Positions 9,691 to 22,147 of a DNA stretch of 28,692 nucleotides are shown piece by piece (position 1 is the stretch's first letter; each line of letters begins with the position of its first letter). A program made the translations under genes and the position numbers. This stretch comes from Octopus sinensis. Taxonomy: Eukaryota. The DNA lies in assembly GCF_006345805.1 (NCBI RefSeq), contig NW_021836712.1, positions 1-28,692 on the forward strand. Reading direction: 5' to 3'. A model generated the notes under the pieces. The model worked only from the letters and a program-made list of their open reading frames with translations. It was not told the DNA's origin and searched no databases.

Positions 9691-10029
9691 TGTGACTGTG
9701 TGTGTGTATGTGTGTAAGTAGAAAGATAGAGAGGGAAAGAAAGAAAGAAAGAAATCATATATACGTGTGTGTATAAATATAAATATTAAATCTTCAAAGA
9801 AAAGTAACAAAAATTGTTTTACCTCTATAACACCGGCTTCAAATATCTCTTCAGTTTAAATTTTTTTACTTATCTGAATATTCTATTGCCTCATATAAGT
9901 TATTGTCACACAGTGAAGCTGGTATCCTATAAGCTTACTGAATTTTAATAACACATCAAGTGCTTTAATAATGCTCCAAGTATTTTTTTAATGTGAGTGG
10001 TAGTACTTTCTGTTGATGTATATTATTGG

Positions 10030-10215
10030 TTGTACGTCTTTAATGTCCGGGAAATAAATCCGCTTCCCAGATCTTCACCATTCTTATCCGTCAGGTGTCG
10101 GTCGCAGGGCAACATGAGATGAAACATTTTACTAAAGGACATAATACACCTCCTCCCGTTCCAGAACTGAAACCACGACCTCATTATCGTGAGTACAGCA
10201 CATTTAACCATGAGA
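10030..10215 (-). mobile_element. Degenerate tRNA-derived SINE-like remnant
   Basis: Minus strand tggttaaatgtgctgtactcacgataatgaggtcgtggtttcagttct resembles a tRNA-like A/B-box head. Confidence 0.4.
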
Positions 10216-10844
10216 TCAAGTCCACTCGACGCTATTTATATTACCAAAATGATATTTGTAATATAAAGTCCGGTTAACATTTCAGAAACCATTTACTGAA
10301 AAAAAGTGTTAGTGTTTTATCGATTATTGGGATGGCTATATCTGCTCAAAGACATGGCCTCATCTCTCAAGTTACTAAAATGCAAACCCAACGAATTTTC
10401 CTCGTTTCCCAGAAACGATTTAAAAGTTGGTTATAAGTGATATTTGTTGTTTACTGATGGCGCTTCAGTCGTAATAATCTTGTCGATTTACTTATATATT
10501 CCATTGTGTGTTGTGTAATTTTCTGACTTAAGACGATAGAGTGTGAGACAATGGAAGTTGGCTATTATTACTTAACATTTCGAGCGGCAACGTATATCAT
10601 TGTCACAAATACTCACCGTTGCGCAAATGCTAAAGTGATGAACATTCATTAGTCTTGAAACCCATATCTACAATAATCATTGTAATACACCACATGATGT
10701 AGATGCTAATTTTCACCAGATTTTTGCAATGTTTTAGATTTTTGTAACATTTTTTTACAACTGTCTGATAATAATGACACATACTTGCCCAACTGCATCA
10801 ATAAATTAACATTGATTTTTTTCTCACCGTTGTTAGAATTATAT

Positions 10845-11925
10845 GAACTGGAACTGTCAAAGAGCGATATTCGAGTAATTTTGCTATTCAACTTCAAAAA
10901 AAGTATGTAAAGTAGCTGAAACTGTTCGAGATATCAACGAAACTTTGTGTGAGGAAATGACCAGTGAATGGTCAGTTCGAAAATGGTTTAAACGATTTTC
11001 CAGTTGCGGCCTGAGCTTTGAAAATCATGAGCATAGTGGACACCCATCTTTCATTGATGACAGTTCAGTCACTTAAAGACCATCATTAAGAAAGATCCAC
11101 GTAAAAGCAGACGAGAATTCACAAAAGACCTTCAAGTCAGCCAGAAAACGGCATTCAACCATTTTCATGCGAACGGAAAATCATAAGAGTTCGGCAATTG
11201 AGTACTACATGATTTGAATGAAAATTAGAAAATGCGCAGATATGAAATTTGCTTGTCGCTTCTTCTCCGTAACTTTCGATGAAAAGTGGATTCTGTACAA
11301 TAATAAAAATCATATTTCGCAGTGTTTGGATCAAAATGAAGAACCTAAAATCTTCCCTCACCCCAAGGTCTTTAAAAAGAATGTTATGGTGAATGTCTGA
11401 TGGTATACTGCTGGACTTATTCGCTATAACTTCTTAAAACACGGAAGACCTATTACTGCAGAAACATAGCGTCATGAAATTGCCAAAATGAACGAAAGAT
11501 TGCTATTCTTCCGTCCCAGACAGGTCAACAGATGAGAGCCAATCGTTCTTCATGACAATACTCGACTACACGTTTTACTAATGACGCTCCAGAAGTTGAG
11601 GAAACTTGGCTACGAAGTTCTTCCCCACCCACATTATTCCTCTGACCTTTCTCCAACCGCTTCCCACTGTTTCAAGCACCTTGATGATTTCTTGCGAGAG
11701 AAGAATTTCAAAAATCAAACCGATACTCAAAGTGCGTTCAAAGAGTTCATCAACTCCAGAACTCCAGACTTTTAGTTGACGGGAATAAACAAACAACTTG
11801 TAACTCGTTGGCAGAAATGTGCTGACTGTGATGATACTGTTATAAATAAAATTTTCGCATTGTTGAAATATATTGTGACGAATTTCGTGTTTCAAAAGGT
11901 TGCTAACTTCTTACTCAGCCTGATA
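10845..11925 (+). mobile_element. Mariner (DD34D, Mos1-like) transposon, decayed transposase
   Basis: ELSKSDIRVILLFNFKK..AETVRDINE..VRKWFKRF..SGHPS; xVLHDL; FDEKWILYNN; HDNTRLH; HPHYSSDLSPTASHCFKHLD. Many stops and frameshifts. Probable 3' TIR ends ..actcagcctgaTA; the 5' TIR was not located. Confidence 0.92.
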
Positions 11926-11926
11926 C

Positions 11927-11958
<32 letters not shown>

Positions 11959-12072
11959 CTGTGTGTGTGTATGTGTGTGTGTGTGTGTATGAATGTATGT
12001 ATATATATCTAACTATCTATATATCTATTATATATATATATATATAGATATGTGTGTGTGTGTATATGTATG

Positions 12073-12119
<47 letters not shown>

Positions 12120-12121
12120 AT

Positions 12122-12675
12122 ATAGGATGCCCCCCAAAAACAGAACCCGTAAAAAAATGTTTTATATACTACAAAGAGCCAGCAATTTTTTTGAAATTTA
12201 CTGGACTTTAACTTCGGTCTGTGTTCGATCCTCCTCTTTGCATAAAAGTCATGTTCTTTTCAAAATATGCTCCAAATGGCACACTTGCATACATCGTGCA
12301 ACATTGTTAAATACTCGGACACATTCCTCTTCGGGGATTTCCCTGATTTCTGCTGTGATTGCTGCCTTCAGTTCATCAATCGTTTGAAGTTTGTTCTGAT
12401 AAACATCATCCTTGAGATAGGCCCACAAATAAAAGTTCTGAGGGATTCAAGTCCGCTGAATGCGGTGCCCACTCAACGTCACACTTCCTGCTGATCAGTC
12501 TCCCCTGAAATCGCTCACTCATCCAGGCTTGGGAGCCATTTGAAGCGTGAGGAGGTGGGTGGCCCCGTGTTGCTTGAACTACTGTTCATCTCGACCTATC
12601 GCGAAATTTTCTGGACCTTTGTATGGTTTAATACAATTTTTATGGGTTCCGTTTTGGCGGGTCGGGTCACCGTTT
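12122..12675 (-). mobile_element. Internally deleted Tc1/mariner element, DD41D (rosa-type)-like, with TIRs
   Basis: Inverted ends ccccaaaaacagaacccgtaaaaa (12132-12155) and tttttatgggttccgttttggcggg (12637-12661). Frameshift-corrected QHGAT-PH..RFQGRLISRKCDVEWAPHSADLNPS-FYLWAYLKDDVYQNKLQTIDELKAAI gives ~41 residues between the last two catalytic positions. Confidence 0.8.
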
Positions 12676-12752
12676 GTATTCTGTATATGTGAAGAGAAAT
12701 CTTTCGGTTTCCTGTACTTTACTTTCATTTTTGGGCCGATTTTTAACTCCAG

Positions 12753-12906
12753 ATGATGATGATGATGGACGTGTAACAGCCTATGAAAATCATCATCATC
12801 ATTATCATCATCATCATCATCATCATCATATCATCATCATCATCATCATCATCATCACCATCATCATTATTATTATCATTATTATTATTATTATTATTAT
12901 TATTAA

Positions 12907-12942
<36 letters not shown>

Positions 12943-12995
12943 CATTATTATTATTATTATTATTATTATCATTATTATTATTATTATTATTATTG
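12753..12995. repeat. (ATC)n/(ATT)n microsatellite
   Basis: Visible. Confidence 0.95.
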
Positions 12996-13537
12996 AGTGA
13001 GAGAGCAGTGCATGCCATCAAAGTGACACTGGGGTAAAATATACGAAGCCCAGTATACCCATCCGGACTACCCATCTGATAAGGGTACACTAGGCACATG
13101 CATCACAACCATATGTGCGCAACATGGCGATCTCATATCAAGATAAACAGCACATGACCTTGCAGGTGGAGCCCAGTTAGAATTTTCTTGAGGTCGAGTA
13201 ACCCATCCCGCTCAAAAGGTCCCTGAATAAGGGTTGTTTAAGGATGATGAACGAAACGCCCATGTTTCCAGAAGTGAATTACTCAAACCCCAAAGAATCC
13301 CTCTCAACACATGGCTATGATGCTCCCCACTACTTCTGCTCGTGATCAGAGATGCACATATCGTCAGCCACTAAGGGACATGCTCAACTGGTTAAGGTCA
13401 AACAACTGACAAGCAAATCTGTGGTATTGAGCAGAATATTTGCTGTAGCCCATCTTTTATACCAAGACAAAACAATGTACATGATAACACTTCCAATCAA
13501 TTAAGATCAGAAGCCATGAGAGCCACTGCCTGGAACT
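12996..13537 (-). mobile_element. Non-coding interspersed repeat ending in an (AAT)n tail; probably the 3' UTR of a non-LTR element, or a SINE
   Basis: Complex ~540-bp sequence with no meaningful ORF, bounded on both sides by trinucleotide microsatellite. Recalled as an abundant octopus repeat (unverified). Confidence 0.55.
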
Positions 13538-13589
13538 GTTGTTATTATTATTGTTGTTGTTGTTGTTGTTGTTGTTGCTGTTGTTGTTG

Positions 13590-13624
<35 letters not shown>

Positions 13625-13782
13625 GTTGTTATTGTTATTGTTGTTGTTGTTGTTGTTATTATTGTTGTTAGCATTATTATTATTATTAATTATTATTATT
13701 ATTGTTATTATTATTATTGTCGTTGTTGTTATTGTTGTTGTGTTTGTTGTTGTTGTTATTATTATTATTATTATTATTATTC
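13538..13782. repeat. (GTT)n/(ATT)n microsatellite
   Basis: Visible. Confidence 0.95.
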
Positions 13783-16470
13783 TATGTTTGACTTTTGCTT
13801 TATATTTGTACAAGTTGGCTCCAAGTCTCACCCAGAAACCTCAAGAGACAACAGGTTGGAAGTTCATGTTGTTGTTATGCCTATTGTGCCATATATTTGG
13901 GGTGGGGGGGAGTTTTTGGTGTTGTACTAATGAATGTCTAAAAAAAAATTTTTTTTAAACCAAAAATTATGTTTGTTTTAAACCTTTAGATAACATAGAA
14001 AGTATTTTGCGTTGGATATGAGCAGTTCCCATGAGCACTATCTTTTGAATTTCTGCCATTTTGGGGTTTCCTGGTATCTGAGTTAGGTAGCTATCAGCCC
14101 CTTTTGCTATCATTCCCAGGGCACCTATGACAACAGGTATTGTTTTAGTCTTCAGGTTCCACATTTTGCTGATTTGTATATCAAGATCTTTATATTTGCT
14201 CAGTTTTTGGTAGGTCTTGACAGATACGTTTATATCGATTGGGACAGTCATATCAATGAGGAGGCATGTTCTTTGTTTGAAGTCTTTCAATATGATGTCT
14301 GGCCTATTTGCATCTATCTTTCTGTCAGTTTGAATGGTGAAGTTCCAGAGGAGTGAGATGTGGTCATTTTCAAGCACTGGAGGTGATTTGTGTTCCCTCC
14401 AGGTTTTTTCATGGAGCAAATCCAGGTTTTTGCAGATTACCCAGTGAATATATTGTGCAGCTCTATCGTATCTGTTGAGATACTCTGTAGTCGCAAGAAG
14501 ACTGCACTTGGAGACAACATGATCGATGGTTATATTTTGTTGTTGACATACACGACATGTTGGGCTACTGCCGTTCTTTAATATGTTTGCCTGGTAGTTT
14601 CTTGTTGGTAGGCATTGATCTTGTGCTGCTATGATAAACCCTTCTGTTTCAGATTTTAAGCCAGAGGCCATTAGCCATTGATGGCTCAGGGCTTTGTCAA
14701 CATCTGCATTAATCACTCTCTTTGGATATTTGCCATTGAGAGGTTTTTCTTACCATTTATCATTCAGAATATCCAAGGCAGCTGTTTTAGCACGGGTTTT
14801 CTTAGCTTTTTCTGTGCTTGTTTCTTGTGTGTCTAATTCCGGAATTCGTTGTATTCGGAATTCACTTAGATATTCCTTTGCCTGTTTTGTTATTGAGTAT
14901 GATGCTTTCTCGTTTCCATTTTTTGAGACAAATTTTAACATCCAGTCCTCAGAGTTTTTCCGGTAGGTGTCTAGGCCAATTGTAACAACTTTCATTGTTA
15001 TTGCCAGTTGTAAAAGCCCACGGCCTCCCTCTTTTCTTGGTAGATAAAGTCGATCTATATCTGCCTTAGGGTGGTGCATTCTATGCATTGTCATCAGTTT
15101 TCGTATTTTTCTGTCAAGATTACATATTTTAGTAATTGACCAGTTAACGATATTGAAACTATAAGTCACAACTTGTATGGCTAATGCATTGATCGCTTCG
15201 ATCCTGTTTCTCGCATTCAGCTCTGTCTTGAGTATTGCTCTTATTCTGCGATAACAGTCTCTCCTGGTCCTTTCCTTCATCATTGAATGCCTTATTCCGT
15301 CCGCTTCAGTTACCCCTAGGTACTTGTAGCTCTCCACTGGGTCTAACTCTTTTATGACATTCTGCTGGTCGATGTAAACGTTAGATGTTTCTGTCATTTT
15401 TCCTTTGATAAAAGTAGTTTTTGCACATTTATCGAGGTCAAATTGCATTCTGATGCCATCACTGAATTGTTTAACAATCGCTCGTAAGCCCTTGAGTTCT
15501 TGGTTATTTTTTGCAAAGAGCTTTAAATCATCCATGTAAATGAGATGATTTATATTTTTATCCAACATTTTATTATATCTGCACTGTGCATCATTGAGCA
15601 ATTTTGAGGGAGGTATTAAGGCTAAACAAAAGAGGAGTGGTGATCGTGAGTCGCCCTGGAAGATGCCACATGAAATATTTACATCACTAGCGTTTAGAAA
15701 TTCATTTTCACTGTTGAAAGTTAGTGCGGTTCTCCATGATCTCATACTTACGGACAAAACGTTTCGCAGAGTAGGTGCTATCTTATACATTTCTAGGCAT
15801 TTCTTTATCCAGCTATGTGGTAGGCTATCAAAAGCCTTTTTATAGTCTATCCAGGCTATTGACAAGTTTTTTTGTCGTTTGTGACAATCTTCTAAGATCA
15901 TCTTATTGATGAGTAGTTGGTCTTTCCAACCATAGGATCCACGTTTACATCCTTTTTGTTCATTAGGGAATATGCTGCTGTCTGTCAAAAAACTATACGT
16001 ATATTCCGTCAGGACATATGTTAGAATTTTATATTTAGTTGTTAACTAGCCAAGCAGGCAACCTACTAGGGTGTTTCAAAACATCATTGTACTGTTCTGT
16101 TAGCAGTTCATGGCTCTCTGGGAAGTCATTCAACCAGAAGTTAGGGATTTTATCCTTTCCTGGAGACTTCCATTTGCTTGACCTCCTGAGAGCAGATCTT
16201 ACATCTTCTACCTTGACACCCACCCACTTTTGCTCCTCTAAGGAGTACAAGTTTTATTCCAAATTTTATTCCAAAGACCGTGCACTTCGTCTTTTGATGG
16301 TACAGACTTTACAGTAACTGGTGTTTTTCCTATCTTCCTGTAAACATTTTGGGGTTAATTTTGAACATGCTGTCGTCCTTGAAGAATCTAACCCGCTTTT
16401 CATACCTCGCTATGCAGGCAGCTTTAGCAGATACCTTTTGCTTGATGGTTTCTGTGGTGGCATCAATAAA
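13783..16470 (-). mobile_element. R4/Dong-like non-LTR retrotransposon (RT + CCHC + restriction-like endonuclease), 5'-truncated
   Basis: KSPGKDKIPNFW; EQKGCKRGSYGWKDQLLI; AWIDYKKAFDS; GIFQGDSRSPLLF; HLIYMDDLKL; YKYLG; ETEGFIIAAQDQ; CRVC..TIDHVVSKC; NRPDII..IDMTVP..KLSKY. 3' UTR ends in (AAT)n. Frameshifts near 16020 and 14740. Confidence 0.92.
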
Positions 16471-16511
16471 GTATATTATTATTATTTATAATAATAATAT
16501 ACTTTATTGAT
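16462..16511. repeat. Perfect palindrome (24-bp arms, 2-nt loop) at the Dong-like 5' junction
   Basis: atcaataaagtatattattattat-tt-ataataataatatactttattgat. Confidence 0.9.
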
Positions 16512-16534
16512 TATCATTATTATTATTATTTTTA

Positions 16535-16601
<67 letters not shown>

Positions 16602-16615
16602 TTATTATTATTATA

Positions 16616-16675
<60 letters not shown>

Positions 16676-16717
16676 TATTATTATTATTATTATATTATTA
16701 TTATTATTATATTATTC

Positions 16718-17700
16718 AGTAGTTTTTATAGCGTGCTTTCACTTCACTACCGAGCGCAGTTCTGTGTGCCTTGGGTATGTGCGGTGATTTGTTGTGATGC
16801 TCTGATGGATATTGTATGGAAAGTGTTCTGCGTAGGATGTGTGCAGTGCCTAGTAGTGCAATTTGCTGTATATTATATGTGTATGTAAGTTCTGGTGGTT
16901 TTTTGTTATGTATTTGTCTGAATTTTTTTTATCATGCCTATGCACCTACTATGATAGGAATTGTTTCTGTTTTTAGATTCCACATTCTGGTTACCTCTAT
17001 TTCCTGTTTTTTTTATTTTGAAAGTTTCTCCATTTCTTTTAGAGACACCTTGTCATCTGCCGGTTTGATACATCAATTAGAAGCATTTTTTCTTCGTGAT
17101 CTCTGACAACTATATCTGCTCTGTTGTCCTTATTTCTCTATCCGTGTGTATCGGCATATCCCAGAGTATGGTAGCTTTCTCGTTTTCTGTGACCTTTTCT
17201 GATGTGTGCCTATACCATTTTTTTCTGTTGTTATTCCATAATGTTGGCATAGCTTCCAGTGTATGTAGGTTTCCAACTCTGTCATGTCTGTGAATATATT
17301 CCTTCTTCGGCAGGACTGGGCAACCAGAGATAATATGATTTATTGTTTCTTGTCCATCTCCACATATTCTGCAGTTACTTGTTATATTTCTTTTCATTGC
17401 ATGTTTTTGGTAATTTCTGGTGGGGAGCACTGGTCTTGTGCTGCAATTAAAATCCATCTGTCTGCTTTGAGTCCTGAGCTTCTTAAACCATTGCGGTATT
17501 TTTTTTGTCTATTTCTTTTTTTCTTTTTGCGTTTAGTTTAGTCCAGTATTTACCATGAAGGGGCTTTCTTGCCATCGTTTTATCATGGTTCGTTGCTGTT
17601 CTAGTTTATTTGGATTTCATTTGTTTTATAGCTTTATGTTTCTTCATCTTCTCTTTTTCTTCTTCATATTTATTAGGTGTATGATTTCTTGTTTGTATTT
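16718..17700 (-). mobile_element. Second, diverged R4/Dong-like family 3' fragment (CCHC + RLE + 3' UTR)
   Basis: WQEKPLHGKYW; LPTRNYQKH; CRICGDGQETINHIISGC; ILWDMPIHTDREI; TRMWNLKTETIPII; LLGTAHILRRTLS. Flanked on both sides by (AAT)n. Confidence 0.9.
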
Positions 17701-17766
17701 GTATATTATTATTATTATTATATTATTATTATTATTTATTATTATTATATTATTATTATATTATTA

Positions 17767-17797
<31 letters not shown>

Positions 17798-17830
17798 CAT
17801 CATTTTGTTGTTGTTGCTGTTGTTGTTGTT

Positions 17831-20800
17831 CACTCTGGAATACATAGGACGTGTTTCCTGCGCTTCCGGTTTGTACAGCTTAAACCATTTATTTACACCG
17901 GTTTGGTGCTTTTTTGCATTACTTATTTTATTCCAAGTTGTTAATAGGATCACCAGGAACCTGTTACTGTTTTTCAGCAGCTCAAAAGAATGGAGGAGCA
18001 CATCTTGAAAGAGTTGAGAAAAAAGAAAATTGCCCTTCCTACGAATCTGGTGACTGCTGAAGATTTTCCTCTCCTTCCCTCCGTTACTGGCAACAATACA
18101 AGAGCACCTCGTAGTAACAGTAGTAGTATCAGTGACAGCAACAGCGGTATCAGTGACAACAGCAGTAGCAGCAGTAGTACTAATAGTAGCAAGAACAACA
18201 ACGAAACAGATAGCAACAGAAGCGGCAGCAGTGATAGCAACAACAGCAACAAAACCAACAGCAACAACACCGACAAGCTTAACGGCAACAACAACGGTAC
18301 CAACAGCAGCAACAATAGCAACAACAATTACAACTGCAAGAACAATACCATCAACGAAAGCACGTTCGCGGCAACGAAAATGAAGCAACGCTTTCCTGTG
18401 GACATCACAAATACAGATGAAATGTTGACCCAGACATAGAAACTGATTAAAAAAAAAAAAAAAACTTGGGCCAGCATAATTTTAGGTCAAAGGTAATTTG
18501 AATCAGTTGAGAAAGAACGGTGTTTCTGAGATGCATTTCAGTGGAGACGAAAAGAGCGGCTTTAATAGCCCAAGTAGATATTGAAGCGGCGCTGAGGTGC
18601 ATCAGAGATGACGCCGGGTACATAGCGAGGGGAAAACAATACAGCACCATTTGCAAAACGGGCAGGCAAAGTCATTATGTACCCCTCCCACAAGGAGAAA
18701 CGTACAGCACGTGTCAGCACTCCCAAGGATCCCACCAGGACTTGATATTTGGTGGCTTTGGAATGCGTAATTGCGGAGGGACGGATACCGTCCCGATAGA
18801 TGGAACAAGAACTGCCAGAGAGGGCTGGTCCGGAACTGACCTGGAGTTACTTCTCCACATCAGACCCGAAAACATAAAAAAAGGTCGCATTGTTTCGCTT
18901 GTGGAGAATCTACTCATTTGCGAGCTCGCTGCACCCAAATGGTAAAAAGTGAAAGGGGTCAAAGGTCTCCACTGCTATCTATGTCGGGAAGAGGACCACA
19001 AACAACACCAGCACCGTCAAAACTATAGCAACAATACCAAAGTCATTAACCAACCCAGGGAGATACGAGGAAAGCTCTCCCAAAAGCCCCCCCCCCACAC
19101 ACACACACACCAAACAAAACACACGCATAAACGAGAATATAAACACACACATAGACACATTTACAACAAAAGACCCTCATCTTCCAGTTAGATGAAAGGA
19201 AACCAAAAGGCACCAAAAACTAAAAGAAAGCAGGAAATTAAAACTCCATAAAGCATAACAACACCCCACAGTAAAACTACAAACATCATCCACGCAAACA
19301 TCTACCCAGTAACACCAACACCGGCATAACCAACACCATCACTATCGTCAGAATCCTCCAAATGCAAACAGCCTAAAGAGACACAAGAACAAGCACTCAC
19401 ACAGACATCTAAAACTGTAGACACCACATTCACAGCTCACACAGACACAATCGAAACAATAACACGATCATCACTACTACAGTCAAGCAAACAAATTCAA
19501 CAACTCCAATACACCCAACTTCGTAATCATCAGAAGGGACAACAAGGAACTGATGGCCCTCGTAACACCATACATTGAATTTGAAACAAGGGGAGTGATT
19601 TTCGCATCGAGCATATTTACTTCTGTTGCGAATGTCGCTTGATTCCTACACAAACATTCGAGAGAGAGAGCATTCATGAGGACGTGGGAACCGCTAATGT
19701 GGCACTCACATCAAGGCACTTAAAGGGATTTCCCACCAATCATGGAAGGCGAACCTGTCAACCCTCACAAGACACTGGGAGGTAAGTAAGCCTTTCCCTT
19801 TTCTCTTTAGCTTGCATATTAAGAGTAGGAATTATAAATGTACGCGACCTGGGGTCATCCTAGAAGCAATGGCGCCTGCTCAACGACATCAAGTTTTTAG
19901 AATCAGATGTAATTGCTATCAGTGAGACCAGGATTTCCAGTACAGGCGCACTGGCCCCAATGTGCGACGACTATCAGATCTTTGTATTTGTTAGTCGCCC
20001 GGGAATGGGAAGTGGAGCGGCAGTAGTGTTTAGGAAAGAACTGGACTAGATGTAAGGTCGGTCTCCTGGAATCCGGACAGAAATTTGGTGGTCCTGGACG
20101 TGAGCAATAGGGAAGGAAGTGTCTTTAAACTGTTGGCTATTTACGCCCCTACCATAACCAAACGGCTGGATTTTTAGGGGTATGGAAGCCTTTCTAGGTA
20201 CGTCTCGTCTCTTACTGTAAGTAGGGGACTGAAATGGATTCTTAGACGCACACTGGGATTGTGTCCAAAAACATCAAGCACCTGATCAGCTAGTTCCAAC
20301 TGTCTGACTGGTCCCGACGAGATTTCCCTAATTGGCCAGTGTGGCCCTGGACCGACCGCTTAGGGTAATCTAGATCGTATATAGGTCGGATTTCGCTAAT
20401 AAAATAAATAGTAATAATGTAGGTTGTCCACTTTTTAAAATGGTTGCCTATTCAGATCATAAGCTTGTTGTCTGTACGGTCGACCTACATAAGACCCGGG
20501 TACTGGAAGCTGAAAATGTTATTGCCGGCACGTAAGACTTACAGGGACCATGTCAACAATTTAGTTAAGCAGAAGTTGACCGGGAAGGGATGTCAACAAC
20601 AGGTGGTGGGCGGCTCTCAAAAGAGACATTAGAGTAATATCGATAGGGTTTAGCAAAGAAGTAGCGTTAGAAAAATAGAAACGAGGAAGTGTTAGTAGTT
20701 GAACTAGATGAGGCTATTTGTAGTGGCATTGCAACCGATGTTCTAGCAGCGAGAATGGCTTTAGACCAGTTCTTCAATGAGAAACATGAAGGTTGCACTG

Positions 20801-22147
20801 TCAGAGCTAAGGTGCATGCTCTAAGAAACGTGGAGATCAAAGGTGTTCGATGTGCCCGCGTGGTGAGGATGCAGCGCGGTAACAAAATAAGAATTGAGTC
20901 TTTGACGAGCCTGACACGAGCTGAGCGATACCAGGCAGATATGTGAGGCCTTTCACCAGCACTTTGCTCGGTTGTTCGGGGAGAGTAGCAGGGCGGAGAT
21001 GGTGGCGGACTTCAGTCCCTACCTCGACGGCTTTCCACGTCTCTCGACGGCCGAGGCTGAACGGCAAGGATGCCCTTGACGGCTGCACGATGCGCAAGTC
21101 ACCCGGTTCATGTGCTGTTCCCTACGAGCTTTACTTAAATATGCCAGACTTGTTCTCCGATCTCCTCGGAGCGCTCTACCGCAACTGGCAACAGAACGGA
21201 AGTATTCCCAGTCCTGTGAGCCGGGGCGTAGTGACGCTGATAAGGCAAGAAAAACACAAAAGGGACATATTAGATAACTTCAGGCCCATAACTCTACTTA
21301 ACACAGAGTTTAAAATTTTAGCCAAAATGTTAGCGAAGAGATAGGCACTTGTCGTCGAGGATTTGATTGGCAAGGCACAAACCTGCGCAATCCCGACCAG
21401 GTCCTTACGCGACAATCTCCACCTCATGCGATACATCATGGAAAGGGGAGGATGTAAACCTGGCTTCGGTGGGGCGCTGATAAATTTAGATCAGTCAAAA
21501 GCTTCTGATAGGGTCGACCATCGGTATCTGGAGGCTATCCTCAAAGCAAATGGCTTCGGCCCCGTCTTCAGAAGTTGGATCGTTGCAATACACAGCGGCA
21601 TCTGCTCGGTAGTCAAAATTAATGGCCATCTTTCGGAACCGTTTCAGATCTCCCGTACGGTCTGTCGAGGGTGCCTTCTCTCCTTCTCCTCGTATTGACT
21701 CTTGAGCTCTCACTGTGGAAGTTGGAGCTGTTAGAGGGCATCCCGCTCGAACCGGGACGTGGAAGAGCTGTGTTGGTTTATACGGACGACATCACCGTGA
21801 TGGTGTCGGCCAGCTCAGAAATCGAGGTGGTCGGCACATTATTGCTGGAATATGAAAGTTGACAGGAGGACTACTTAAGCCGCAAAGATCGGTCGGCTTG
21901 CAGCTGGGCACCTGGAGAGGCAAGTTCATGGCATCCGTCGCTGACGCTGGATGGACGGGTCGATAAAGTTGCTTCGGGTTTGGTTCAGACCAGACCTCAT
22001 GGTGGAGAAGAATTGGGGCTAGGTGACGAGCAGATTAGCCAGTCTCACCTAGAAATGGGCTTCAAGGAAGGTGTCACTGAAAGGTCGGGTGGATGTGGAG
22101 AATGCATACATCCTATCCGTCAACTACCGCCTAATCGTGGTACCTTG
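17831..22147 (+). mobile_element. Tx1/L1-clade LINE, apparently 5'-intact and 3'-truncated, heavily decayed
   Basis: ORF1 from 17990 (N/S-rich tract; CYLCREEDH knuckle at 18973). APE from ~19820: INVRDL..DVIAISETR..AIYAP. RT: NFRPITLLNTEFKILAK, QTCAIP..RDNLHL, LDQSKASDRVDH, VYTDDITV. Ends at NYRLIVVP. Confidence 0.9.

Noticed and set aside
13361-13367. CUGACGA in the 540-bp repeat (minus strand)
   Set aside because: Followed by GAAG rather than GAAA, and no compatible stems I/III.
14750-15988. 412-aa ORF as an intact host gene
   Set aside because: It is the RT of the Dong-like LINE, frameshifted on both sides and with degenerate motif residues (QGDSRSP).
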